In this document: piece by piece, positions 29,947 to 39,420 of the stretch
How the letters are laid out: every line of letters begins with the position of its first letter
Position numbering within the stretch: the first letter of the stretch is position 1
Source: Verrucomicrobiota bacterium
Lineage (GTDB): Bacteria > Verrucomicrobiota > Verrucomicrobiia > Limisphaerales > AAA164-E04
Assembly (NCBI GenBank): GCA_047947115.1
Contig: CP170459.1
Coordinates: forward strand, 672,001 to 736,000
DNA length: 64,000 bases
Direction of reading: 5' to 3'
The notes under the pieces: model-generated
Seen by the model: the letters and a program-made list of their open reading frames with translations, nothing else
Told to the model about the DNA's origin: nothing
The model's database searches: none
Position numbers and translations under genes: made by a program

Positions 29947-30960
29947 TCACGCCTCCACCAACATCGTACCATCCCCCAACTCAACCATCGTGATTTGATT
30001 TGGAAGGAATGTGTCGATCACGGACAGATTGGTCCATGCATGGGAACTGCCTTTGGCCATGCGGTAGCGTCCTTTTCGGCTGAGCGCCAGGGGTAGCATC
30101 AGTTGATCGGACAAATACTCTCCCACCGGCGCATCGCAGGTCATGTATTCGCGAATTTCATGGATCATTTGTTGGATCATTTTCCCCGAAGACATATTCC
30201 GCTGTCCAAACCCGGTGAACACTTCCACATGTTCTCCGCGTTGAATGTCCACCACCACCGCGTTGCCGGGTCCGTGTGCAGGTTTCACGTGCTTGAGTTC
30301 AAAACAATCAACCGGCCAGTTCAGTTTATTTTTCAACATACGGATCTGACGTTGACCGATGTCGTCCGGTAAATGACTCAACAGAATCTTGCCTTTGCGG
30401 GATTGAATCTCTCCCGCTTCGGTCAAGTCCAGTTCCTTCCATTCTTTGACAGGCTGAATCTCAGCCTCCATCCTTCCGCCCCCGGCGAGGAAGAATCCGT
30501 GCGCGATCAATCGCAAGGAAACCTCCCCGCCCATCCCGGCCAAAGCAGGCCGAAAACACCGATCGAGAAAATCAAACGAAGGCGCCATCGGATGATGAGT
30601 CCCACCTTCCAGCACCAGACTAGAAGGCACATCCGCCAACATCAAAGCGGGCAGAACGGTTTGGAAAACCAGGGTGACACTCCCTGCGGAGCCGACTGAA
30701 AAGGTATAATCCCCTCCCTTGATCTCCCCAGGCGCAAAGGTTAAATCCGTGGAACCCAATTCGGCGCCACTCATTCTGGCACCGGATACTTCGGCCGCCG
30801 CTCGCACACAGGTCAGGTGCTGCCGCATCAGACCCGGTTTCCGGCGGCCGGCACGTATCCCTTTGATACGAAAAGGCAATCCAGTGATCATGGACAAACT
30901 CAACGAAGTCCTCAGCACCTGTCCCCCGCCTTCGCCCAATGAACCATCTATTTCAATCAT
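29947..30960 (-). CDS. rtcA: RNA 3'-terminal phosphate cyclase
   Basis: MIEIDGSLGEGGGQVLRTSL, IRAGRRKPGLMRQHL, SAGSVTLVFQT, GGTH, VGEYLSDQLMLPL, SSHAWTN. Confidence 0.95.
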   Translation of the reverse strand: MIEIDGSLGEGGGQVLRTSLSLSMITGLPFRIKGIRAGRRKPGLMRQHLTCVRAAAEVSGARMSGAELGSTDLTFAPGEIKGGDYTFSVGSAGSVTLVFQTVLPALMLADVPSSLVLEGGTHHPMAPSFDFLDRCFRPALAGMGGEVSLRLIAHGFFLAGGGRMEAEIQPVKEWKELDLTEAGEIQSRKGKILLSHLPDDIGQRQIRMLKNKLNWPVDCFELKHVKPAHGPGNAVVVDIQRGEHVEVFTGFGQRNMSSGKMIQQMIHEIREYMTCDAPVGEYLSDQLMLPLALSRKGRYRMAKGSSHAWTNLSVIDTFLPNQITMVELGDGTMLVEA

Positions 30961-30961
30961 A

Positions 30962-32356
30962 TTAATCTTCCGGCCTTTCTCCATGAGGTGCCATTTTGAC
31001 AATGCGCGGATCAAACTGACCGAGGATTTCGACCAAATCGGACTGGGCACCCATCACCTGATGGATGTCTTTGTAAACCATCGGCACTTCGTCCAGACCA
31101 GCTGACATCAAAGTAACCTGTTTCTCCTTCAAAAATTTTTTAACCGGCGCCCATTCGAAGGACCGCATCGCCTTGGTGCGGCTCATGACGCGACCGGCGC
31201 CATGAGATGCCGAGTTCAAGGATTCAGCGCTTCCTTTCCCCCGCACAAGGAATCCCGGTGAAGCCATCGATCCCGGAATGAAACCCAGGACACCTTTACC
31301 GGCGGGGGTTGCTCCTTTACGATGCACAATCAATTCGCGCGCCTGCCCGTCGATCTCATGCGTCTCTTTCCAGGCAAAGTTGTGGTGGTTTTCAATATCC
31401 AGAAGGCATTCCACCCCGAGGTATTCCAAGACATGACGATGAATGCAGGCATGATTGGCGGCGGCATACTGCCCCATCAATTCCATCGCATTCCAATACT
31501 CGACGCCTTCTTCGGAATCCAGATCCAACCAGGCCAAATGTTTCAATTCACGTGGTAGTTCGGGGTGTGCCTTCATGGCCAGTTTACTATACGTATCGCA
31601 AACCTGCGCCCCCGTTCCACGGCTTCCGCTATGGCTCAACAAGGCCATATAAGTTCCGGGTGCGAGCCCTTTCACTTTTTCTTTCAGCTCGAAGGTTCCG
31701 AATTCCACAAAGTGGTTCCCGCTTCCGCTCGTTCCGAGTTGGCTCCACGCCTTGTCTTTCAAACGATGGGTCACCGGGCTCACATCCCAATCCGCATCCA
31801 TTACGTCGTGCGCCCGCTTTTGTTTGAAGGATGCGCCGATACCGAAACGGGTCTCGGCATTGATGGCCCCTGCAAGGCGATCCTTCTTACGATCCAAATC
31901 CTTCACCGGCAAATCCACCACCGACAATTTCATCCGGCAGGCAATATCAACCCCCACCGCATACGGAATCACCGCGCCTTCCGTCCCCAACACCCCTCCG
32001 ATTGGCAGGCCATAACCCAAGTGGGCGTCCGGCATCAAAGCACCCTGCACCGAGATCGGCAATTGGCAGGCCCGTTCCATCTGCTTGACGGACTCGGGCT
32101 CCAGATCTTTTCCCCACAATTTCCAAGGTGCGGGTTCGCGCGGTTCAAACACCGGCACCTCGGTCAACGCTTTGGCAAAAGCGCCTCTCAAAGGGTCGTT
32201 CAAAAAATCCACCGGCGCATTCAAAACAGCCTGTATCTCGCCTCGAAGGGCAGAAATCTCACCACCTTTCAGCCGGAACCGGGCCATAAACGCCTGTGCC
32301 AACTCGGTTGGTTTCCCGTAAGGAACGCCCATCTTCTGTAAATCTTTCGCTTTCAT
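30962..32356 (-). CDS. rtcB: RtcB-family RNA ligase
   Basis: MPDAHLGYGLPIGG, VGVDIACRM, LGTSGSGNHFVE, HSGSRG, HHNFA, HRKGAT, SHGAGR. Start placed at the ATG at 32356. Confidence 0.96.
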   Translation of the reverse strand: MKAKDLQKMGVPYGKPTELAQAFMARFRLKGGEISALRGEIQAVLNAPVDFLNDPLRGAFAKALTEVPVFEPREPAPWKLWGKDLEPESVKQMERACQLPISVQGALMPDAHLGYGLPIGGVLGTEGAVIPYAVGVDIACRMKLSVVDLPVKDLDRKKDRLAGAINAETRFGIGASFKQKRAHDVMDADWDVSPVTHRLKDKAWSQLGTSGSGNHFVEFGTFELKEKVKGLAPGTYMALLSHSGSRGTGAQVCDTYSKLAMKAHPELPRELKHLAWLDLDSEEGVEYWNAMELMGQYAAANHACIHRHVLEYLGVECLLDIENHHNFAWKETHEIDGQARELIVHRKGATPAGKGVLGFIPGSMASPGFLVRGKGSAESLNSASHGAGRVMSRTKAMRSFEWAPVKKFLKEKQVTLMSAGLDEVPMVYKDIHQVMGAQSDLVEILGQFDPRIVKMAPHGERPED

Positions 32357-32426
32357 CACTCGTATCTTTCTGAAGTCAAACTTCCGAAGCAGGTGGTTTA
32401 ACCCTGATTGCATCAAGCTCAACGGC

Positions 32427-33897
32427 GAACGGTGTCAAAAAAGTCAATCATAACTTCGCATATAAACGGATGAGATGAGCCGCCATGTCAATTAGGGGCT
32501 TTTCTAAAAAGAAAAATGATCTCAAGCACCGGATAAACTTTACGCTTCGCTTGGAGTAGCGCTGGACGCATTCGTACACCGTTGACCATTTTCTCCCGGC
32601 TTCTTTGGCAGCGTTTTTCATTGCTTCAAAGCGAATTTGACGTCGACGAATTTCTGCTTCGTTGCTCACTCCGTAATCCTTTTCCAAATCATGCTCCATC
32701 AAGAGACAGAGGTTATGTGCCAGGCAAAGAAAGTTGGCTTGAATCTTCTTGGCCCGGACTGATCCGGCCCATGCCTTTTTCTCCTGAAGTGTATTTTTAA
32801 ACTCATCGAATACCTTCTCAATATCCCAACGCATCCGATAGAGCTGTGCTAACAAACCTGGCGAAATCGTCAATTGGTTGGTGATCAAAACGTGTTCCTT
32901 CCCAGTTTGCGGATCGACACATACGATTCGTCGAAGAATGCTCTGGTTATTGACTATGATTTTTTCATCGGACGTGATTCCGTGATTGATACCATTTTCA
33001 TGATCGACTTCCAGTTCATCCAGACATTCATAGGCAGTTCCGTCTTTCATGCGGGAAACGAAATAAATTCCACCTCGTGATTTCCACCAATCCCACTCAT
33101 TGAAATCGATGGACGCAGAGTCATACACATAGAGAACTTTGCGTCCCGTCTTGGCACCCTGCCTGAGTGTTTCGATACCCATCCTTTTGAGGGCTCGCAT
33201 GTCATGCTCATGCTTACGATGAACCTCATCGGCTGTATCCAGCAACTTGATTGCATGGGATCTCAGATTCAGGGCGTAGAAGTAACCGGGAGCCCATTTC
33301 TTTTCATTCTTGCGTACTTCATGAGCCGAAGCACCATGCCAATGGCCATCAGCGGCATAGATGTCATATTTTTTTAGTTCCTCAAAATCCTGAAGAGGGT
33401 CATTAAGTTCTTTGGCTGCTTTAGCGCAAATACTATCATTTAATTCATCGGCAAGAAGGAGGCGTCGGTTACTTTTGAGAGATTCGAAATAAAGCCCCAC
33501 AGAAATATCACTCTGAAAGTGGGGGCCGTATTGCTGGAGAAACCCCCGGCCGCTGGGGGATTCCATAAGAATTCGGGTGACTCCTAATTCAAGCCAATGC
33601 TGGTCGGGTAATTCATTACATTGGCGAGTGTGAACAGCTCGATTCAAGGCGTCAAATAAAGGCTTGAAGAATGCTGTAAATATCTTATTATCAGTTAATA
33701 GAGCTCTTGGCATGAAAATTTTTTGGGGTCAGAGCGCTAGAGTCAACTTTAATCGCACAAAAACCGGCTAAATTCTCTGTTTTAGAGCATTTTAATCATT
33801 TTGAAACCCTTGAAAAGAACCGAATCAGACAACTGAAACACATCGCAGGAACCCGGTTTCAGGCGGCAAATTTGGCTTCACTCTTTTGACACCGTTC
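32427..33897 (-). mobile_element. IS4-family insertion sequence (1471 bp) with 8-bp target-site duplication
   Basis: Inverted repeats GAACGGTGTCAAAAAAGTCAA (32427-32447) and the reverse complement of 33877-33897, GAACGGTGTCAAAAGAGTGAA. Direct repeat TCAACGGC at 32419-32426 and 33898-33905. AT-richer than the flanks. Confidence 0.93.
32448..33713 (-). CDS. IS4-family DDE transposase
   Basis: AADGH, VYDSA, FVSRMK and the Y-x2-R-x3-E-x6-K signature (YRMRWDIEKVFDEFK). Confidence 0.9.
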   Translation of the reverse strand: MPRALLTDNKIFTAFFKPLFDALNRAVHTRQCNELPDQHWLELGVTRILMESPSGRGFLQQYGPHFQSDISVGLYFESLKSNRRLLLADELNDSICAKAAKELNDPLQDFEELKKYDIYAADGHWHGASAHEVRKNEKKWAPGYFYALNLRSHAIKLLDTADEVHRKHEHDMRALKRMGIETLRQGAKTGRKVLYVYDSASIDFNEWDWWKSRGGIYFVSRMKDGTAYECLDELEVDHENGINHGITSDEKIIVNNQSILRRIVCVDPQTGKEHVLITNQLTISPGLLAQLYRMRWDIEKVFDEFKNTLQEKKAWAGSVRAKKIQANFLCLAHNLCLLMEHDLEKDYGVSNEAEIRRRQIRFEAMKNAAKEAGRKWSTVYECVQRYSKRSVKFIRCLRSFFFLEKPLIDMAAHLIRLYAKL

Positions 33898-33914
33898 TCA
33901 ACGGCACCTCATCA

Positions 33915-33931
33915 ATCATTATGTGTGCCAA
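33915..33931 (-). promoter_or_regulatory. Putative sigma-54 -24/-12 promoter of rtcBA
   Basis: Minus strand reads TTGGCACACATAATGAT: a good -24 TGGCAC, with GA instead of GC at -12. Position is as expected between rtcR and rtcB. Confidence 0.55.
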
Positions 33932-34027
33932 CCCGGATTTTTTGCACACGTATTTTCTCTATTCATTGTGAATTAACATATTACATAATATTCAAGCTCA
34001 ACCAGCAGGAAAAAAGCACTTACAGTT

Positions 34028-34073
34028 TAGTAGATATATTTCTATTTTATTGGACAACTTAGAAATTCTACTA
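34028..34073. promoter_or_regulatory. Candidate RtcR upstream activator sites
   Basis: Two TAGA...TCTA palindromes (34031-34044 and 34060-34070) that together form an imperfect inverted repeat about 100-140 bp upstream of the -24 element. Confidence 0.4.
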
Positions 34074-34086
34074 TCATGCTCACTTC

Positions 34087-35772
34087 ATGAAAAAAGTCGT
34101 CATCGGCATTTTGGGTTCCGTCATGGACAAAGGAGCCGGCCCGGGACGTTGGGACCTGTGGCGCCCAACCGTTTCCCTCTTCCAGCATGAGGATCTACTG
34201 ATCGACCGATTGAATCTCATCCGGGAACCGCGCTGTAGAGCATTGGCCAAACAAGTCAGCGCAGACATCCGCCAGGCTTCACCCGAGACGGAAGTTACCC
34301 AACATGACGGTATCTTTCGCGACCCCTAGGATTTTGAGGAAGTTTTCGAGACGCTCCATGATTTCGCCACCCGATATCCGTTCGATACGGATCGGGAGGA
34401 ATACTACATCCACATCACCACCGGATCCCATGTCCAACAGATCTGCCTGTTCCTATTGACCGAATCAGGCTACCTTCCCGCACGCCTGATTCAGACATCT
34501 CCACCAAAGCGCCGCAACTCGGGAGAATTAGGGAGATACCACATCATCGATTTGGATCTGTCCCGCTATGATCGCATCGCCGATCGGTTTCAGGAAGAAA
34601 AGGACGAAGCCCTGGATTTCCTCAAATCAGGCATCGCCACACGGAACGTGGCCTACAACCAACTGATTGAATCGATGGAAACCGTCTCGGTGCGATCGCA
34701 AGCGCCGATGCTGCTGATGGGACCAACCGGAGCAGGTAAATCACATCTTGCCCGAAAAATCTACGAACTGAAAAAAGCGCGCAGGCAATTGAGCGGACCA
34801 TTCGTGGAAGTCAATTGCGCCACCCTGAGGGGCGAATCCGCCATGAGCAACCTGTTCGGCCATGTGCGTGGTGCTTTCACCGGGGCTCAGAACGCCCGTA
34901 AGGGGTGCCTGATGTCCGCGCACGAAGGCATGCTGTTTCTCGATGAGATCGGCGAATTGGGATTGGACGAGCAGGCAATGCTACTCCGGGCTATCGAAGA
35001 GAAACGCTTTTTCCCGTTGGGATCGGACAGCGAAGTGGAAAGCAACTTCCAACTCATCGCTGGCACCAACCGCGAATTATCTGAGGCTGTAAGAAAAGGA
35101 CTGTTTCGAGAGGATCTGTTTGCGCGCATCAACCTTTGGACCTTTCACCTGCCCGGCCTGAAAGACCGCCGGGAGGACTTGGAGCCCAACCTTGAGTTTG
35201 AACTCACGCGCTACGCCAGCCAAACCGGTCAACACGTCTCCATGAACAAGGAAGCACGCGACACCTTCCTTTCATTCGCTTTGAGCCCGGAAGCAATATG
35301 GACAGGAAACTTTCGCGATCTCAACGCAGCCGTTTCCCGCATGGCCACCCTGGCAGGAGGCAGACGCATCACGCGTGCAGACGTCAAGGAAGAAACGGCA
35401 AGATTGAAGACACTTTGGTCCCCCCATACCAATCGTGCAACATCCAATCCGGACCAACCGCATCAAAACACCCTGCCGGAACACATCTCCCAAAAACTAG
35501 ACCTGTTCGACAAAGCCCAACTGGCAACCGTTCTTCAAGTATGCCACGAAGCCCCGACCATGGCCGAAGCCGGACGCCGCCTGTTCTCCGTCAGCCGCCA
35601 ACAACTCAAATCCCCCAACGACTCAGATCGCCTGAGAAAATACCTCCTAAAGTTCGGACTCACCTGGCGAGACGTCAGAAAAACAACACAAATTAACCCG
35701 CCACCGGAAGAACAAGCTCCATCTCCCCCCCACTTCGAATCTCATACCTTTCAGCCTGCTATCAGGCCGTAA
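34087..35772 (+). pseudogene. rtcR: RNA repair transcriptional activator RtcR with in-frame TAG at 34327-34329
   Basis: N-terminus KKVVIGILGSVMDKG...RWDLWRPTVSL; DP*DFEEV (family DPWDFEEV); HITTGSHVQQICLFLL continues in frame into GPTGAGKS, LFGHVRGAFTGA, LFLDEIGE and C-terminal NDSDRLRKYL. Confidence 0.93.
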
Positions 35773-35973
35773 TCGAAACGCCTCAACCCATCGGACGCCC
35801 ATGGCTTCCCACGTGCTATCACATCTTGAAAATCATGTGAAAAAATCTGCGTGAATCTGTGACCATCTGCGGTTCAAACATAGAAACCCTCCACCCGGCC
35901 TTTTTCTCAGAAATGAGCATGGCATACATCAAGCTTTATCAGTTTTGTTGCAAACAACAGAAATCAAACAACT

Positions 35974-36528
35974 ATGAAGCACAACAAACTCACTCAACGG
36001 ATCGCCGGACTTCTGCTGGCCATTATCACCATCACCCAAATCAACGCGGCCGCCTATATCAAGTTCGACGGTATTGACGGCGAGGCCAAATCAGAAGGCC
36101 ATGAGGGATGGATCGAAATCCTGTCCTTCAACCAGGGCATCCACAAACCCAAACAAGGCGCATCGGGTTCCACCCGCAGACGCTCCGCTGCCGTATTTGG
36201 CGATTTGACGGTAGCCAAGGAACTCGACAAATCTTCTCCCAAACTGGCCGAAGCCGTTGCCACCGGACGGGTCATACCCCGTGTGACACTGGATGTGACT
36301 GTCGCCACCGAACGTGGAGAAATGACTTATTACCGCTACGAGCTGACCAACGTCCTCGTCACCAGCTACCAAGTCAGCATGGACAATCCTGAATTGCTGC
36401 CCATGGACAGCTTCAGTCTGAATTTCGAAAAAATCAAAGTGACTTACACCGGGTTGGAATTCGGAACCAAAGGGGAATCCGGGGACCTCGTCGAGTATTC
36501 CTGGAAAGTCGAAGAAGGAGAAAATTAA
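35974..36528 (+). CDS. hcp: Hcp (type VI secretion tube, TssD) family protein with N-terminal signal peptide
   Basis: AYIKFDGIDGE...HEGWIEILSF, DLTVAKELDKSSPKL, YELTNVLVTSY, SLNFEKIKVTY; preceded by MKHNKLTQRIAGLLLAIITITQINA. Confidence 0.92.
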   Translation: MKHNKLTQRIAGLLLAIITITQINAAAYIKFDGIDGEAKSEGHEGWIEILSFNQGIHKPKQGASGSTRRRSAAVFGDLTVAKELDKSSPKLAEAVATGRVIPRVTLDVTVATERGEMTYYRYELTNVLVTSYQVSMDNPELLPMDSFSLNFEKIKVTYTGLEFGTKGESGDLVEYSWKVEEGEN

Positions 36529-36556
36529 TTTTTCAACGCTCATAACAAGTTCCTTT

Positions 36557-36589
36557 AAAAAGGACGCCGGATTTTCCGGCGTCCTTTTT
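36557..36589. terminator. Intrinsic (bidirectional-type) terminator after hcp
   Basis: AAAAAGGACGCCGGA-TTT-TCCGGCGTCCTTTTT perfect stem. Confidence 0.9.
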
Positions 36590-36636
36590 GTGTTTTCCCA
36601 TTGCAATCATTCAAACATCCGGATTTCATAGATGCC

Positions 36637-39420
36637 ATGCGCGAAGAGAATCCAGCTCCAAACAAGAAGCGGTACCGTCCCACCATGGGACCACGCCTGC
36701 ATATATTACTGTATGTGGTCTTCGGCCTTTTTGCGGTTCTGGGAGCCAATTCCGCTTACCTGAGTGCCATCACCTTTCTCGAATGGTGGAACGAGGAACT
36801 CTACCAAAACTATTTTTACCAATACATGTTCCTGGCCCATTTGGTCCTTGGAATCATCCTGGTGCTGCCATTCCTTGCTTTCGCTTTTGCCCACCTGAAA
36901 CTTGCCTACAACCGGAAAAACCGAAGGGCCGTCAAGGTAGGTTACGGATTGCTGGTTATTTCCTTGATCCTCTTGATATCAGGGTTTGCGTTGATGCGGG
37001 TGGAAGGGTTTGAAATTCGAAACCCAAACACTCGGCTCTGGCTTTATTGGTCACATGTCATTACGCCTCTACTTGCCATCTGGCTTTACGTGTTGCATCG
37101 ACTTGCCGGCCCGCGCATCCAGTGGAAAATCGGAGCCGGTTGGGCTGCCGCTGTCGGCGTGGCAGTCGTCGCCATGGCAGGTCTCCACCAACAAGACCCC
37201 CGTAATTGGAATGTCGAAGGGCCCAAGGAGGGAGAAAAATACTTTGAACCTTCTCTGGCTCGCACAGCCACAGGCAATTTCATCCCTGCCAAAACCCTGA
37301 TGATGGATGAATACTGCAAGAGATGCCATGAACACGCCTACAACGACTGGTTCCACAGCTCCCATCATTTCAGCTCCTTCAACAACGAGCCCTACCTTTT
37401 CTCAATCAAGGAACTGAGAGACCTCCTGATGGAACGTGACGGCGATGTCAAAGCCTCACGCTGGTGTGCAGGCTGCCACGATGTCGTGCCATTCCTGAGC
37501 GGTGCATTCGATGATCCAAATTTTGACATGCGCAACCATCCAACGGTCAATGCCGGGGTGACCTGCACCGTCTGCCACTCCATCACCCACATCAACAGCA
37601 CCAAAGGCAATGCGGCCTATACCATCGAAGAACCGATTCACTACCCGTTTGCTTTCAGCGACAATCCATTCCTACAGAAAGTCAACGAGCTGATGGTCAA
37701 AGCGAAACCCGCATTCCACAATAAAACATTCCTCAAACCATTACATAAAAAAGCCGAATACTGCTCGGTCTGCCACAAAGTCAGTCTCCCGGGCGAACTC
37801 ACCGGATACAAAGACTGGCTGCGAGGACAAAACCACTACGACAACTTTCTGTTAAGCGGTGTCTCAGGCAGCAACGCACGGGCTTTTTACTACCCTCCCA
37901 AAGCTGAACCCAACTGCAACGACTGCCACATGAAACTGGAAACGTCAGCCGATTTCGGGGCCCGGTTCTTCGATGAATCCGGTGAACTGAAAATCCATGA
38001 CCACCAATTTCCGTCTTCCAACACTGCGCTGCCTCACCTGAGAAAGGCACCTGAGTGGGTCAATGAAGAACAGGAAAAGTTCCACAAAGGCAACCTGCGG
38101 GTAGACCTTTTTGGTGTGAAGGAAGGAGGAACAGTCGACTCACCTCTGACCGCCCCGATCAGGCCTGAAATTCCTGCATTGAAACCCGGGCAGACTTACC
38201 TGTTTGAAGTGGTGATCCGCACCCTGAAACTGGGACACATCTTCACTCAAGGAACCGTTGACTCCAATCAAGTCTGGTTGGAGGTCAAAGTGGAGGACGA
38301 TGAAAAGGTTCTGGGCCATAGCGGAAGTGTGGACGAAGAACACCGAGTCGACCCCTGGTCCCACTTCGTGAACGTCTACATGCTGGACAAAAACGGCAAC
38401 CGTATCGACCGTCGTAATGCCGCCGATATTTTCACGCCGCTGTACAACAATCAGATCCCTCCGGGAGCGGCCGCTGTCGTGCATTATCAGTTTAAAGTCC
38501 CGGAAAACCAGCAGCAATCCCTCAAGGTGCGGGTTCGGTTGAATTACCGCAAATTCGACACCACTTACATGCAGCATGTATATGGACAGGATTACTCAAA
38601 TGACTTGCCTATAACTATCATGGCCGAGGACTTGGTCGAATTCCCCGTTCAAGCAGGAATGACCGTCACGCAAAACGCCACCGTTCCCGTCCATCCCGAA
38701 AACTTTCCAATGTGGCAACGTTGGAATGACTACGGAATCGGTCTCCTCCTCAAAGGCTCGGCCGGCAGCGACAAAGGCGAACTCAAACAAGCCGCCGCCG
38801 CCTTCACACAGGTGGAAGCCCTCGCACGCCCGGAAGGTCCGGTCAATATGGCTCGAGTGTTCTTCAAAGAAGGCCGCGTCGACGATGCTGCCCGCGCTTT
38901 ACAACGCGCCGCCACATTCGATCCCCCTGCCCCACGCTGGACCGTGGCCTGGTTCACCGGACAAGTCCACGCTCAAAACGGTGAACTCGACGAAGCCATC
39001 CAAAATTACCGAAGCATCCTCGAGGACCGCTACGTCGAACTGGATGAACGCGGGTTCGATTTCAGCAAGGATTACGTCGTGATCAACGAACTCGGACAAA
39101 CCTACTACCTCCGATCCAAACTCGAACGCGGACAACCCGAACGCGAAAAGCAATTCCTGGAACTCGCCATCCAACAATTTGAAAACACTTTGAAACTGGA
39201 TTCCGAAAACCAGACAGCCCACTACAACCTGTCCCTGATCCACGCCGAACTCGGCAACGAAGAAAAAGCCGCCATCCACCGCGATCTGCACGAAAAATAC
39301 CGCTTCGACGACAATGCCCGCGACCGCGCCGTCGCCATTGCACGAGCCAAAGATCCGGCCGCTCGGCACGCCTCTCAGGGAATCGTCATCTATGATCTGC
39401 AAAGAACGGAGAAAGAATAG
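36637..39420 (+). CDS. Membrane-anchored multiheme c-type cytochrome with C-terminal TPR repeats
   Basis: About five N-terminal TM helices; CKRCH, CAGCH, CTVCH, CSVCH, CNDCH; TPR-like helices (GELDEAIQNYR, TAHYNLSLIHAELG). Confidence 0.88.
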   Translation: MREENPAPNKKRYRPTMGPRLHILLYVVFGLFAVLGANSAYLSAITFLEWWNEELYQNYFYQYMFLAHLVLGIILVLPFLAFAFAHLKLAYNRKNRRAVKVGYGLLVISLILLISGFALMRVEGFEIRNPNTRLWLYWSHVITPLLAIWLYVLHRLAGPRIQWKIGAGWAAAVGVAVVAMAGLHQQDPRNWNVEGPKEGEKYFEPSLARTATGNFIPAKTLMMDEYCKRCHEHAYNDWFHSSHHFSSFNNEPYLFSIKELRDLLMERDGDVKASRWCAGCHDVVPFLSGAFDDPNFDMRNHPTVNAGVTCTVCHSITHINSTKGNAAYTIEEPIHYPFAFSDNPFLQKVNELMVKAKPAFHNKTFLKPLHKKAEYCSVCHKVSLPGELTGYKDWLRGQNHYDNFLLSGVSGSNARAFYYPPKAEPNCNDCHMKLETSADFGARFFDESGELKIHDHQFPSSNTALPHLRKAPEWVNEEQEKFHKGNLRVDLFGVKEGGTVDSPLTAPIRPEIPALKPGQTYLFEVVIRTLKLGHIFTQGTVDSNQVWLEVKVEDDEKVLGHSGSVDEEHRVDPWSHFVNVYMLDKNGNRIDRRNAADIFTPLYNNQIPPGAAAVVHYQFKVPENQQQSLKVRVRLNYRKFDTTYMQHVYGQDYSNDLPITIMAEDLVEFPVQAGMTVTQNATVPVHPENFPMWQRWNDYGIGLLLKGSAGSDKGELKQAAAAFTQVEALARPEGPVNMARVFFKEGRVDDAARALQRAATFDPPAPRWTVAWFTGQVHAQNGELDEAIQNYRSILEDRYVELDERGFDFSKDYVVINELGQTYYLRSKLERGQPEREKQFLELAIQQFENTLKLDSENQTAHYNLSLIHAELGNEEKAAIHRDLHEKYRFDDNARDRAVAIARAKDPAARHASQGIVIYDLQRTEKE

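Noticed and set aside
30282..30295. parS-like GTTTCACGTG
   Set aside because: Only half of the palindrome matches and it lies within rtcA coding sequence.
32357..32422. N-terminal extension of RtcB given in the ORF track (TTG start at 32422)
   Set aside because: It starts inside the target duplication and covers the leader. The ATG at 32356 is the more plausible start.
34327..34329. Stop-codon reassignment (TAG or TGA read as an amino acid)
   Set aside because: TAG and TGA terminate many intact conserved genes in the window (for example hprK ends in TAG and kdsA in TGA), and only isolated internal stops occur.
35974..36528. A type VI secretion system gene cluster
   Set aside because: Only hcp is present. 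No sheath, baseplate, VgrG, ClpV or membrane-complex genes are in the window.
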